From Bacillota bacterium (GTDB taxonomy: Bacteria; Pseudomonadota; Gammaproteobacteria; Natronospirales; REEB76): a stretch of 64,000 nucleotides of DNA. A model generated the notes under the pieces. It was not told the origin of the DNA. It ran no database searches and saw nothing but the letters and a program-made list of their open reading frames with translations. The first letter of the stretch is position 1. The number at the start of each line of letters is the position of its first letter. The translations under genes were made by a program, and so were the position numbers. The stretch is taken from assembly GCA_050261675.1 (NCBI GenBank), contig JBLNDO010000023.1:74261-138260 (forward strand), written 5' to 3'. This document shows, in pieces, positions 6,557 through 15,199 of the stretch.

Positions 6557-9538
6557 ATGACCCGAGATAGCCTGACAAATCGTTTCAAGATCGCAGCCTC
6601 GGCTGCTCTTGCATTTACAGTTCTCGGCCTGGCCGGATGCCCGTCCGGATCCATGAGTCCCTCTTCACCGACCCAAGCGGACCGGTTCCCCGCGGCGATG
6701 GTGAGTTCCACCGTCGATTCCGGACTCATACTTACCATCGGCATTCCCAAAGGAGACATCGCCAAGCCGGATGGCAACCCCGTCATCCTCAGCACCGTGC
6801 CGGGAAGCGCCTCCACCCCGGCGCACGGTTACGCGCGCGTGGAGCAGGACAACCCCGCCGTGACCTACACCGGCAACTGGGTGGCCACCACTTCCCCCAC
6901 GGATTATTCCGGCGGCAGTGCGGCGGAATCGGTCAACGCCGGAGATGAATTCCACTATAACTTCACCGGCACGGCGGTACGCTGGGTCGGCTATCGCGGA
7001 ACGGACACAGGCATGGCCGATGTGTATATCGACGGCCTGATGGTCGGTAGCGTGGATACCTACAGCACCGCGCCTTATCCCCATGCAATGCTATTCACCG
7101 CTACTGGCCTCACCCCCGGCGGACATACCCTGACGGTGCAGGTGGAGGGCCTGCACAATTCTGCCTCGACGGGTTCAGCCGTCTGGGTGGATGCCCTCGA
7201 CGTGTCCGGACAGCCGGCGGCAACCTCTGCCAGCGTCATGCCCGAGTCCACGGGCAGCACCGTGACCACGCGCATCCAAGAGGATGATCCCGCCATCTCC
7301 TACAGCGGATCCTGGAGCAGCGAGTCGTCCGGGCTCCTGGGGCTGCCGCCGCAATACAGCGGCGGGTCGGCAGCGGTATCGTCGTCCGGCGGCTCCCAGG
7401 CCATCCTCACCTTCATCGGCACGGGTGTCAGCTGGATCGGCTACAAGGACACCCTCTCAGGCATCGCCGACGTGATCCTCGACGGCAGCCCCGTCGCCAC
7501 CGTGGACAGCTACGACACCTTGCCGGCTTCCCAGGCGACGCTCTACTCCGTCTCGGGCCTGACCAACGCGCGCCACAGCCTGACCATTCGGGTCACGGGC
7601 GGTCACAGCCTGCTTTCGCTGGGTTCGAACGTGACGGTGGACGCGTTCGACGTGCAGGCGCCACCTCCGGATACCACGCCGCCCACGGTGAGCATGACCG
7701 CGCCTGTGAACGGTGCAACCGTATCTAAAACCATCACCATCTCGGCGACCGCCTCCGACAACGTGGGCGTTACGAGCGTGCAATTCGAACTGGACGGCGC
7801 CGCCCTCGGCGGCAAACTGAGTTCCGCCCCCTATTCCATCTCCTGGGACAGCACGGCGGTCGCGAACGGCAGCCATACGCTGGCCGCCGTGGCCAGCGAC
7901 GCGGCCGGCAATCATTCCACGGCAACGCCGGTCACGGTGGAGGTGGCCAACCAGACCCAGCCGCCGCCCGACACCACGCCGCCCACGGTCAGCATGACCG
8001 CACCGGTCAACGGCGCCACGGTCTCCGGCACGGTCACCGTCTCCGCCGATGCCTCCGATAACGTGGGGGTGGCGGGCGTGCAGTTCCTGCTGGATGGCGC
8101 CGCCCTCGGCACCGAGGACACGAATGCGCCCTATTCGGTTTCCTGGAACACCGTCAATGTGCCGAACGGCACCCACCGGCTCAGCGCCATGGCCCGCGAT
8201 GCCTCGGGCAACACGAGCACCTCGGCCGCCGTGACCGTGACGGTAAGCAACGGCCCGCCGCCCGATACCACGCCGCCCGCGGTGAACATGACCGCACCGG
8301 CCAACGGTGCGACGGTCTCGGGCAACGTCACCGTGTCCGCCAACGCCTCGGATAACGTGGGGGTGGCGGGTGTGCAGTTCGAACTGGACGGGGCCGCCCT
8401 GGGCGCGGAAGTCACGAGCGCGCCTTACTCCATCTCCTGGAACAGCACCAGCGTCGCCAACGGCAGCCACAGCCTGACCGCCGTGGCCCGGGATGCGGCC
8501 GGTAACCACACGACCGCGACGCCGGTGAATGTCACCGTCAGCAACCAGAGCCAGCCGCCGCCTGACACCACGCCGCCCACGGTCTCCATGACTGCTCCGG
8601 CGAACGGCGCCACGGTCTCCGGCAACGTCACCGTGTCCGCCAACGCCTCGGACAACGTGGGCGTGGTAGGTGTGCAGTTCAAACTGGACGGCGCAAACCT
8701 GGGACCTGAGGACACCAGCGCGCCCTATTCCATCACCTGGAACAGCGCCGGCGCCAGCAACGGCAGCCACAGCCTGACCGCCGTGGCCCGGGACGCCGCC
8801 GGCAACAAGACCACCGCCACGTCCGTGACCGTCACGGTCTCCAACAGCAGCGGCGACACCACGCCGCCCACGGTGAGCATCACGGCACCCGCCAGCGGCT
8901 CCACCGTCACGGGCACTGTGACCGTCTCGGCCACCGCCTCCGACAATGTGGGGGTCGCGGGGGTGCAGTTCATGTTGGACGGCGCGGCCCTGGGCGCCGA
9001 GGACACCACCGCGCCCTATTCGGTCTCATGGAATACCACGAGCGCCAGCAACGGCGGCCACACACTCACGGCGGTTGCCCGCGACGCCGCCGGCAACCAT
9101 ACCACCTCCTCGCCGGTAAGCGTGACGGTGTCCAACAGCGGCGGCGGGGGAACCACCACCCGCATCGAACAGGACAATCCGGCGGTGGCGTACACGGGCA
9201 CCTGGGTCACCGCCAGCGACTCGAGCGTCAGCGGCGGCACCGCCACGGAATCGAACCAGGCGAACGCCACGGCGACGCTGACATTCAGCGGCACGGGCGT
9301 CACCTGGATCGGCTACAAGTGCGGCTGCGCAGCCGGCATCGCGGACGTATCGGTGGATGGCGGCGCGCCTACCCAGGTGGACAATTATTCGGCGACCACC
9401 GAGCCACAGGCGAAAGTGTTCAGCGTGAGCAATCTGCCGAAGGGTACCCACACCCTGAAGATCACTGTCACCGGCACCTTCGACCGTAACGGCAGCACGG
9501 CCTACGTGGTGGTGGACGCCTTCGACGTCACGGATTGA
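6557..9538 (+). CDS. Surface lipoprotein: 2 lectin-like modules + 5 Ig-like (Big_7-like) repeats + 1 lectin-like module
   Basis: 993-aa ORF with a lipobox (LGLAG|C). It has three copies of a ~125-aa module (R-[VI]-[EQ]-x-D-[ND]-P-A-[VI]-x-Y-[ST]-G-x-W ... SGG[ST]A ... F-x-G-T-[GA]-V-x-W-[IV]-G-Y ... D-V-x-[IVL]-D-G ... H-[ST]-L-[TK]-I ... V-D-A-[FL]-D-V). It also has five ~98-aa repeats (TTPPTVSxTAP..GATVSG.VTVSA.ASDNVGV.GVQF.LDG..LG...APYS..W.....NG.H.L.A.A.D.AGN). Confidence 0.85.
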   Translation: MTRDSLTNRFKIAASAALAFTVLGLAGCPSGSMSPSSPTQADRFPAAMVSSTVDSGLILTIGIPKGDIAKPDGNPVILSTVPGSASTPAHGYARVEQDNPAVTYTGNWVATTSPTDYSGGSAAESVNAGDEFHYNFTGTAVRWVGYRGTDTGMADVYIDGLMVGSVDTYSTAPYPHAMLFTATGLTPGGHTLTVQVEGLHNSASTGSAVWVDALDVSGQPAATSASVMPESTGSTVTTRIQEDDPAISYSGSWSSESSGLLGLPPQYSGGSAAVSSSGGSQAILTFIGTGVSWIGYKDTLSGIADVILDGSPVATVDSYDTLPASQATLYSVSGLTNARHSLTIRVTGGHSLLSLGSNVTVDAFDVQAPPPDTTPPTVSMTAPVNGATVSKTITISATASDNVGVTSVQFELDGAALGGKLSSAPYSISWDSTAVANGSHTLAAVASDAAGNHSTATPVTVEVANQTQPPPDTTPPTVSMTAPVNGATVSGTVTVSADASDNVGVAGVQFLLDGAALGTEDTNAPYSVSWNTVNVPNGTHRLSAMARDASGNTSTSAAVTVTVSNGPPPDTTPPAVNMTAPANGATVSGNVTVSANASDNVGVAGVQFELDGAALGAEVTSAPYSISWNSTSVANGSHSLTAVARDAAGNHTTATPVNVTVSNQSQPPPDTTPPTVSMTAPANGATVSGNVTVSANASDNVGVVGVQFKLDGANLGPEDTSAPYSITWNSAGASNGSHSLTAVARDAAGNKTTATSVTVTVSNSSGDTTPPTVSITAPASGSTVTGTVTVSATASDNVGVAGVQFMLDGAALGAEDTTAPYSVSWNTTSASNGGHTLTAVARDAAGNHTTSSPVSVTVSNSGGGGTTTRIEQDNPAVAYTGTWVTASDSSVSGGTATESNQANATATLTFSGTGVTWIGYKCGCAAGIADVSVDGGAPTQVDNYSATTEPQAKVFSVSNLPKGTHTLKITVTGTFDRNGSTAYVVVDAFDVTD
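7661..9140 (+). repeat. Five in-frame tandem DNA repeats (periods 300, 294, 300, 291 bp) encoding the Ig-like domains
   Basis: Repeat starts read at 7661, 7961, 8255, 8555 and ~8852 (cc[ag]cc[tg]cc.ga[tc]accacgccgccc[ag]cggt...). Long near-identical stretches are shared between copies. Confidence 0.9.
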
Positions 9539-9565
9539 AACAGTAAGCCAGCAAAGGAGCAGCTC

Positions 9566-10048
9566 ATGAAAAGAATCACCGCTCGCAGCATACGAAACAG
9601 CCTGGCGGGAATGATTTCAACGGTCACTCTGTTGCTCTGCCTAGGCACCGATGCCCAAGCTGCCGGCAGTCGCGTCGAAGACGGGGATATATCCATCGTC
9701 TACGGGGGCATCTGGTACACCGCCAGTTCGTCCGAACTGAGCGGCGGCTCCGGGCATGAATCCAATACCGTCGGATCCACGGCCTCGCTGGTATTCACCG
9801 GCACCGGCGTCACCTGGATCAGTTACACCTGTGCCTGCGAAGCGGGTATCTCAAACGTGTATATCGATGGCAAGTTTGCCGCCAGCGTGGATACTTATTC
9901 GCCCACGCCCCAGGCCCAGGTGCCCGTGTTTACGGCGAGCAATCTCACGCCGGGCGTGCACATCCTGACCATTGAAGTGACCGGCAAATTCGATCCGCGC
10001 GGTCAGACGGCCTATGTCATGATCGATGCTTTCGATGTCGTCGATTAG
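9566..10048 (+). CDS. Secreted single-module protein (one copy of the lectin-like module, CxC subtype)
   Basis: 160-aa ORF 27 nt downstream of the 993-aa gene. Signal peptide with AQA|AG cleavage site. The module reads RVEDGDISIVYGGIWY...SGGSGHES...FTGTGVTWISYTCACEAGISNVYIDG...HILTIEVTG...IDAFDVVD. Confidence 0.8.
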   Translation: MKRITARSIRNSLAGMISTVTLLLCLGTDAQAAGSRVEDGDISIVYGGIWYTASSSELSGGSGHESNTVGSTASLVFTGTGVTWISYTCACEAGISNVYIDGKFAASVDTYSPTPQAQVPVFTASNLTPGVHILTIEVTGKFDPRGQTAYVMIDAFDVVD

Positions 10049-10239
10049 CGGACCATCGATCACAATTTAAATAAAGGCGAGGCGTTATTCGCTTTGGGCA
10101 ATGTTCGAGGCGAATAGCACCGAGCTGCTTGTGCCTGCGTGAAAATCACCGCAGGTAAATCATTGACCCCCGCTTAGATCCCCCCGATTCGTGTATCAAA
10201 ACCCCCATAAATTTGCATTGCCTCAGGCTTATCCATCGG

Positions 10240-10260
10240 GTGATTCACGGAATCACCTGC
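10240..10260 (+). promoter_or_regulatory. Candidate operator/activator box GTGATTCACGGAATCACCTGC (second copy)
   Basis: Matches 6352-6372 in 20 of 21 positions. Lies 152 bp upstream of the 10412 start. A TTGCAA -35-like hexamer follows 4 nt downstream, and an AT-rich -10-like stretch (ttttatatg) lies 17-19 nt further on. Confidence 0.5.
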
Positions 10261-10411
10261 GTGTTTGCAAATGGTTTGGATGTAAATTTTATATGACTTT
10301 GATGAGTCGGTTTTGTAAACCGAAAACGATTCCAACTCATAGGTTGGAATGCCCCTGTAATGGGCTCTAATGCGTGCGCGCTCCTTAAGAGAGCGCATTT
10401 AGGAGCGCGGG

Positions 10412-11572
10412 ATGGAAATCACATATAGTAAGTGGCACCAGCGGCGACGCATGGCGTTTGCGTTTATATGGGTTATGGCAACCGGAGCCATCGCCGCTCC
10501 GCCGCCGCCAGGCTATACCCGTGTCGAGGAAACCGATGCCGCCGTCCAGTATTCAGGCACCTGGCAGAGCGCCGCGGACAGCAGCTACAGTGGGGGCACC
10601 GCGACGTACTCAACCCAGGTGGGAGCCACAGCGCAGTTGAGCTTCAGCGGTACCGCCGTGCAGTGGATCGGAGAACGCGGTCCCCACACGGGCCAGGCTC
10701 AGGTGTTCCTGGACGGCATCCACGTGGCCGACGTCAATACCGCCTCCAAACAGACCACGAGCCAGGCGGTACTTTACGTCGCAAGCGGCCTCACCCAAGC
10801 GAGCCATACGCTCACCATCCAGGTGAAGAAGATACAGAGCGCACCTCCCGGCCAACTGCAAGGCGTCTGGGTGGACGCCTTCGACGTGCTCCCGATTTCC
10901 ACCGATACCACTCCACCCACCGCCACCCTCACCGCGCCAACCGACGGCCGCACCATCTCGGGAACCGTGACCGTATCGGCGAACGCCTCGGACAACGTTG
11001 GGGTGACGAGCGTTCAGTTCGAGTTGGATAACGCCCCGCTGGGGGCGCCCGACACCACGGCCCCCTATTCCATCTCCTGGAGCACTACTGCCGTGTCCAA
11101 TGGTTCCCACACCCTAGTCGCGGTGGCGCGGGATGCCGCCGGTAACATCGGCACCTCCCAACCCGTGACCGTCACCGTGAACAACAGCGTGACGCGCATC
11201 GAACAGGACAACCCGGCGGTGGCCTACACCGGCGTTTGGGTTACCGCCAGCGATCCTACGGTGAGCGGCGGCACAGCCGCCGAATCCAACCAGGCCAACG
11301 CCACCGTAACCCTGACCTTCAAGGGCACCGGCGTCACCTGGATTGGCTACAAGTGTACCTGCGCCTCGGGCTATGCCGACGTGTCGGTGGATGGCGGCCC
11401 CGCGACACAGGTGGACGGTTATTCCGCGACGACGGAGCCCCAGGCACCCATGTTTACCGCCAGCAACCTTCTTGAGGGCACCCATACCCTCGTCATCACC
11501 GTGACAGGCCAATACGACCGTCAAGGCGATACCGCCTACGTCGTGGTAGATGCCTTCGATGTGACGCCTTGA
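10412..11572 (+). CDS. Secreted protein: lectin-like module + one Ig-like repeat + lectin-like module (CxC subtype)
   Basis: 386-aa ORF with a signal peptide (MAFAFIWVMATGAIA|AP). By my count its C-terminal module is ~82% identical (103/126) to the C-terminal module of the 993-aa protein. Confidence 0.85.
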   Translation: MEITYSKWHQRRRMAFAFIWVMATGAIAAPPPPGYTRVEETDAAVQYSGTWQSAADSSYSGGTATYSTQVGATAQLSFSGTAVQWIGERGPHTGQAQVFLDGIHVADVNTASKQTTSQAVLYVASGLTQASHTLTIQVKKIQSAPPGQLQGVWVDAFDVLPISTDTTPPTATLTAPTDGRTISGTVTVSANASDNVGVTSVQFELDNAPLGAPDTTAPYSISWSTTAVSNGSHTLVAVARDAAGNIGTSQPVTVTVNNSVTRIEQDNPAVAYTGVWVTASDPTVSGGTAAESNQANATVTLTFKGTGVTWIGYKCTCASGYADVSVDGGPATQVDGYSATTEPQAPMFTASNLLEGTHTLVITVTGQYDRQGDTAYVVVDAFDVTP

Positions 11573-11659
11573 GGCGCGTATATCAGGTCATTACCGGCAA
11601 GCGATTCCGGGGTTCACCCGATTCCTCGGAATTATCCCGCTGAACTATCCTCAGGGTTA

Positions 11660-12472
11660 TTGCACGGAACCCGGCGCCACCGGTTCCTGGCCGCTCCGTC
11701 GCCAACCCCGGGCCCGGAGAGCGAAGTGGACCCTCAAAGCCTATCCCGCACGTTGCCAGCGACGTTCAAAGCCCTGATCGCCACCGATGACGACGCGCTG
11801 ACGAGCGTCGAAAGCTCGGCGCTCAAGCAGTTGAACTTCGACACCGTCACCGCGCACGACAACGGCGAGATGCTGAATACCGTCAAGGAAGAGAAACCCG
11901 ATCTGGTGATTTTGGATGCGGCCCTCCCCGGGGGTGGGATCGATGCATGCCGCAAACTGCGCGAGGATCCCAACACCGCGGAAATTCCCATCATCATGGT
12001 CACCTCGGCGGACAACAACACCGAGAAGGTCGAGGCATTGGAAACCGGCGCGGACGACTGCGTCACACGGCCGGTGCAGGTGGACGTGCTGGTCGCTCAC
12101 ATCAAGGCGGTGACCCGGCGCGCCCTGCCAGATCTCCCGAGCAACCGCCTGCGCGCGGGCCCCATCGAGATGGACCTGGACCGCTGGACCGTGAGCATCG
12201 GCGGACAGCCCCTGGAACTCACCAAGAAGGAATTCCGCCTGCTGCAGGTGCTGCTGGAGGCGAAGGGCCGCGCCCTTACCCGCGATTTCCTGCTCCAGAA
12301 GGCCTGGTCCCACGCCACCATCCACGGGCTCGATACCCGCACCGTGGACGTCCACATCGGCCGGCTGCGGCGAAAACTGGGCAGCGCGGGCCAGTACATC
12401 ATCACCGTTCGCAACGTCGGCTTCCGCTTCGACATCCTTCCGGACTGGATAACGAGTTATCACTCGCCGTGA
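11660..12472 (+). CDS. OmpR/PhoB-family response regulator (REC + winged helix), no adjacent kinase
   Basis: Receiver motifs (ATDDD, DLVILDAALPG, IIMVTS) and a wHTH (LTKKEFRLLQVLL...VDVHIGRLRRKL...ITVRNVGFRF). The start codon is uncertain: TTG at 11660 gives a ~35-aa non-conserved leader. Confidence 0.8.
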   Translation: MHGTRRHRFLAAPSPTPGPESEVDPQSLSRTLPATFKALIATDDDALTSVESSALKQLNFDTVTAHDNGEMLNTVKEEKPDLVILDAALPGGGIDACRKLREDPNTAEIPIIMVTSADNNTEKVEALETGADDCVTRPVQVDVLVAHIKAVTRRALPDLPSNRLRAGPIEMDLDRWTVSIGGQPLELTKKEFRLLQVLLEAKGRALTRDFLLQKAWSHATIHGLDTRTVDVHIGRLRRKLGSAGQYIITVRNVGFRFDILPDWITSYHSP

Positions 12473-12819
12473 TGATCCTTTAAGTCCACGTCGGAGACGT
12501 GGGGTCTTTATGTGCGCCATTTTCGGGTATTTACCCGATACCTATGCGGCCCCGGGCCCCCGTAGAGTTTACTTAACTCGGGTACACGCCCGACTATTGT
12601 CTATTGACATATGACGGGGCAGGCGCCGGGCATGTGAACTATCATTGCGGATACTGCTTGTCGCGTTTTGATGCCCTGGGGTCTGCGCGGCTGCGGGGAA
12701 ACGGCAATGACGCAATGTCCGCCGCCTGCACCACCCAATGACCGCCACCGGGTTCGCCCCTTGAACCCAATTGCCATTGACGCACCCGCCCGCCGGGGAG
12801 ACGAACGAGGAGCAGCACG

Positions 12820-13743
12820 ATGAGCGACAAAAACACCAAAGGCCGCGACCGGGACCTGCAGCCCGAGAGAGGGGCACCGGCCGGTGCACCCAACGACGAA
12901 TCCCATGTCGAGGTACTGAGGGAGCTGGTGGCCCACCTGCGCCAGAACCGCACGCAACTGCGCGAGGTATGGGCGAGCCGCATCATGGGTTCGCGGTTCC
13001 TCACCGCCATGACCAACGAGGAAATCATGGCGGAAGCAAGTTCCGTGTACGACAACTACCTCGGCGCCCTGGAGACGGGCTCCATCGAAGCCCTCGAAGC
13101 CTACGCCCGAGACCTCTCCGAGCGCATCATCCCCCGCGGCGTCGAGACCCACGAAGTGGTGGGTATCGTGCTGCTGCTGCGCGACGTGCTGGCCCGCTCG
13201 CTGTTTTCCAAGTACGGCCAGAACCAGCAGATCCTGACGCGGGTGCTGGATGCCTACGAACCCGCGGCGAACCGCATCGCCACCACGGTGGCGGTGGGCT
13301 TCGTGCAGGAGCGCGAGCGCATCATCCGCCAGCAACAGGAAGCCATACGCGAGCTGTCCACGCCAGTGCTCGCGGTGCGCGAGCGCCTGTTGATCCTGCC
13401 GATCATCGGCATCCTCGACCCACAACGCGCGCGGCAATTGACCGAGCAGCTGTTGCGGGGCATTCGCATCAACCGCGCCCGGGTGGTGGTGATGGACCTG
13501 ACGGGTGTGCCGGCGGTGGACGCCGCCGTCGCCAACCACTTGGTGCAGACGGTGGAAGCCGCCCGCCTGGTCGGCGCCGACGTGATCGTCACCGGCCTCG
13601 CGCCGGAACTCGCCCAGACACTCGTGACCATCGGCGTCGACCTCGGCAAGATGGCCACGGTGGGCGACCTGCAAGGCGGCATCGAGGAAGCGGAAAAACT
13701 CCTGGGTTACAAAGTCGTACCGAGCGTCGAAGCCGCCGAATAA
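12820..13743 (+). CDS. rsbR: RsbR-like stressosome sensor (N-terminal non-haem-globin-like domain + STAS)
   Basis: 307-aa ORF preceded by a GAGGAG Shine-Dalgarno. The C-terminal STAS domain reads ELSTPVLAVRERLLILPIIGILDPQRARQL...VVVMDLTGVPAVDAAVANHLV...VIVTGLAPELAQTLV. Confidence 0.85.
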   Translation: MSDKNTKGRDRDLQPERGAPAGAPNDESHVEVLRELVAHLRQNRTQLREVWASRIMGSRFLTAMTNEEIMAEASSVYDNYLGALETGSIEALEAYARDLSERIIPRGVETHEVVGIVLLLRDVLARSLFSKYGQNQQILTRVLDAYEPAANRIATTVAVGFVQERERIIRQQQEAIRELSTPVLAVRERLLILPIIGILDPQRARQLTEQLLRGIRINRARVVVMDLTGVPAVDAAVANHLVQTVEAARLVGADVIVTGLAPELAQTLVTIGVDLGKMATVGDLQGGIEEAEKLLGYKVVPSVEAAE

Positions 13744-13752
13744 AGGACCGCC

Positions 13753-14136
13753 ATGGAAGTCCCTATACTAAAACAGCGCAATTACCTGATTGCGTCTGTA
13801 CAGGCGGTCCTGACCGACCAGGACCTCGTCAACCTCCGCGACCGGTTGGTCGCCCAGGTGGGGCGATACCGGTCTGTGGGCGTGATCCTCGACGTGACCG
13901 GCCTCGACGTCATGGATTCCTTTTCGGTGCGAACACTGCGCGACATGGCGCACATGATCCGGCTGCGCGGCGCCGACACCGTCATCGTAGGCATCCAGCC
14001 CGAAGTCGCATTCTCCATGGTGCAGCTCGGGTTGAGCCTCGAGGGTGTCCCCACCGCACTCGACCTGGAGGAAGGCCTGGCATACCTCGACGCGCGGCCG
14101 AAGCGCGTGAGTGCCGGTGCGATGAGCAATAAATGA
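13753..14136 (+). CDS. rsbS: RsbS-like STAS scaffold protein
   Basis: 127-aa single-STAS ORF (PILKQRNYLIASVQ...ILDVTGLDVMDSFSV...VIVGIQPEVAFSMVQLG) that keeps the D-S-F serine. Confidence 0.85.
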   Translation: MEVPILKQRNYLIASVQAVLTDQDLVNLRDRLVAQVGRYRSVGVILDVTGLDVMDSFSVRTLRDMAHMIRLRGADTVIVGIQPEVAFSMVQLGLSLEGVPTALDLEEGLAYLDARPKRVSAGAMSNK

Positions 14137-14591
14137 TCGAGCGACCCGACCCCCCTCCCCCGGACGCAGGGAAGGCGGCGGAACAGCAACAAGGCAGGAT
14201 CACGATCCCCATACGGGCCGTGGCGGACATCGTTACCGCGCGCCAGCATGGGCGGCAACTTGCGCTAAATTCCGGCTTCACGGAAACCGAATCCACGCTG
14301 ATCGCCACCATCATCTCCGAGCTGGCGCGCAACATCGTGCTTTATGCCGAGACCGGCGAGATCATCCTCGAGAAAGCCACCAACAGCGCCAGCCACCGCG
14401 GCATCACGATCGTCAGCCGCGACCAGGGGCCTGGCATTCCCGACGTACAGCGGGCATTGGTGGGTGGTTATTCGACCTCCGGCGGGCTGGGACTCGGGCT
14501 CTGCGGCGTGCGCCGCATGGTGGACGAGTTCTACATCGAGACGGGGGCCGGAAAGGGAACCACGGTCACGGCGAAGAAATGGCTGCAGTGA
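14133..14591 (+). CDS. rsbT: RsbT-like switch serine kinase (GHKL ATPase, anti-sigma regulatory factor type)
   Basis: 152-aa ORF whose start overlaps the rsbS stop (ATGA at 14133-14136). It has the N box (ELARNIVLYA), G1 (DQGPGI) and G2 (GGLGLGL). Confidence 0.85.
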   Translation: MIERPDPPPPDAGKAAEQQQGRITIPIRAVADIVTARQHGRQLALNSGFTETESTLIATIISELARNIVLYAETGEIILEKATNSASHRGITIVSRDQGPGIPDVQRALVGGYSTSGGLGLGLCGVRRMVDEFYIETGAGKGTTVTAKKWLQ

Positions 14592-15193
14592 TCGACAAAA
14601 AAGTCATCGAATCCGCCTCGGCGGTCTTCACCCTGCCGGGCCAAAGCGAGTCGGGAGACCGGCACGTCATCCTGCACCTGCCCCACGGCGCGTTAGTCGC
14701 GGTCATCGACGGGCTGGGACACGGCAGCGAAGCCGCGGCCGCGGCGCAGCGGGCCGTGGTGAACATAGAACAGTACGCGGAAGGCGATTCGCTCATCGCG
14801 CTGGTGAAGCGCTGCCATGCGGCGCTCGTCGGCACCCGCGGCGCGGTGATGAATCTGGCGGCGTTTGACACGCGCGAAGACACGCTCACCTGGCTCGGGA
14901 TCGGCAACGTGGAGGGCCGTATCCTGCTCAGGACCACGAACCCGGGCTATGCGCAGCAGGGCCTGTTGCTGCGCCCAGGGGTCGTTGGCCAGAAACTCCC
15001 CCGCTTGCAGACCTCGGTCACGCGCGTGCAGCGCGGCGACATGGTGATATTCGCCACCGACGGCATCGATCCCGACTTCGTCGAAGGCGTGCATACCGGC
15101 GACAGCACCCAGGAGATCGCCGAGCGCATCGTCACCCGTTATTGCAAGAAGAACGACGACGCCCTGGCGCTCGTCGTCAGGTACCTCGGTTGA
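14579..15193 (+). CDS. rsbX: RsbX-like PP2C/SpoIIE-family feedback phosphatase
   Basis: 204-aa ORF overlapping the rsbT end by 13 nt. Motifs are GDRHVI..., VIDGLGHGSEAA and IFATDGI. Confidence 0.8.
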   Translation: MAAVIDKKVIESASAVFTLPGQSESGDRHVILHLPHGALVAVIDGLGHGSEAAAAAQRAVVNIEQYAEGDSLIALVKRCHAALVGTRGAVMNLAAFDTREDTLTWLGIGNVEGRILLRTTNPGYAQQGLLLRPGVVGQKLPRLQTSVTRVQRGDMVIFATDGIDPDFVEGVHTGDSTQEIAERIVTRYCKKNDDALALVVRYLG

Positions 15194-15199
15194 AATGGG

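Noticed and set aside
7457-9451. Ladder of long minus-strand ORFs antisense to the 993-aa gene (7457-8770 at 437 aa; 7603-7815, 7912-8121, 8131-8415, 8425-8715, 8725-9009, 9016-9303 and others).
   Set aside because: They are periodic because the sense strand is a 300-bp tandem repeat. Their products are Arg/Gly/Ala/Val-rich low-complexity strings with no motifs. The sense frame has clear domain structure and a lipoprotein signal. This is a typical high-GC antisense artefact.
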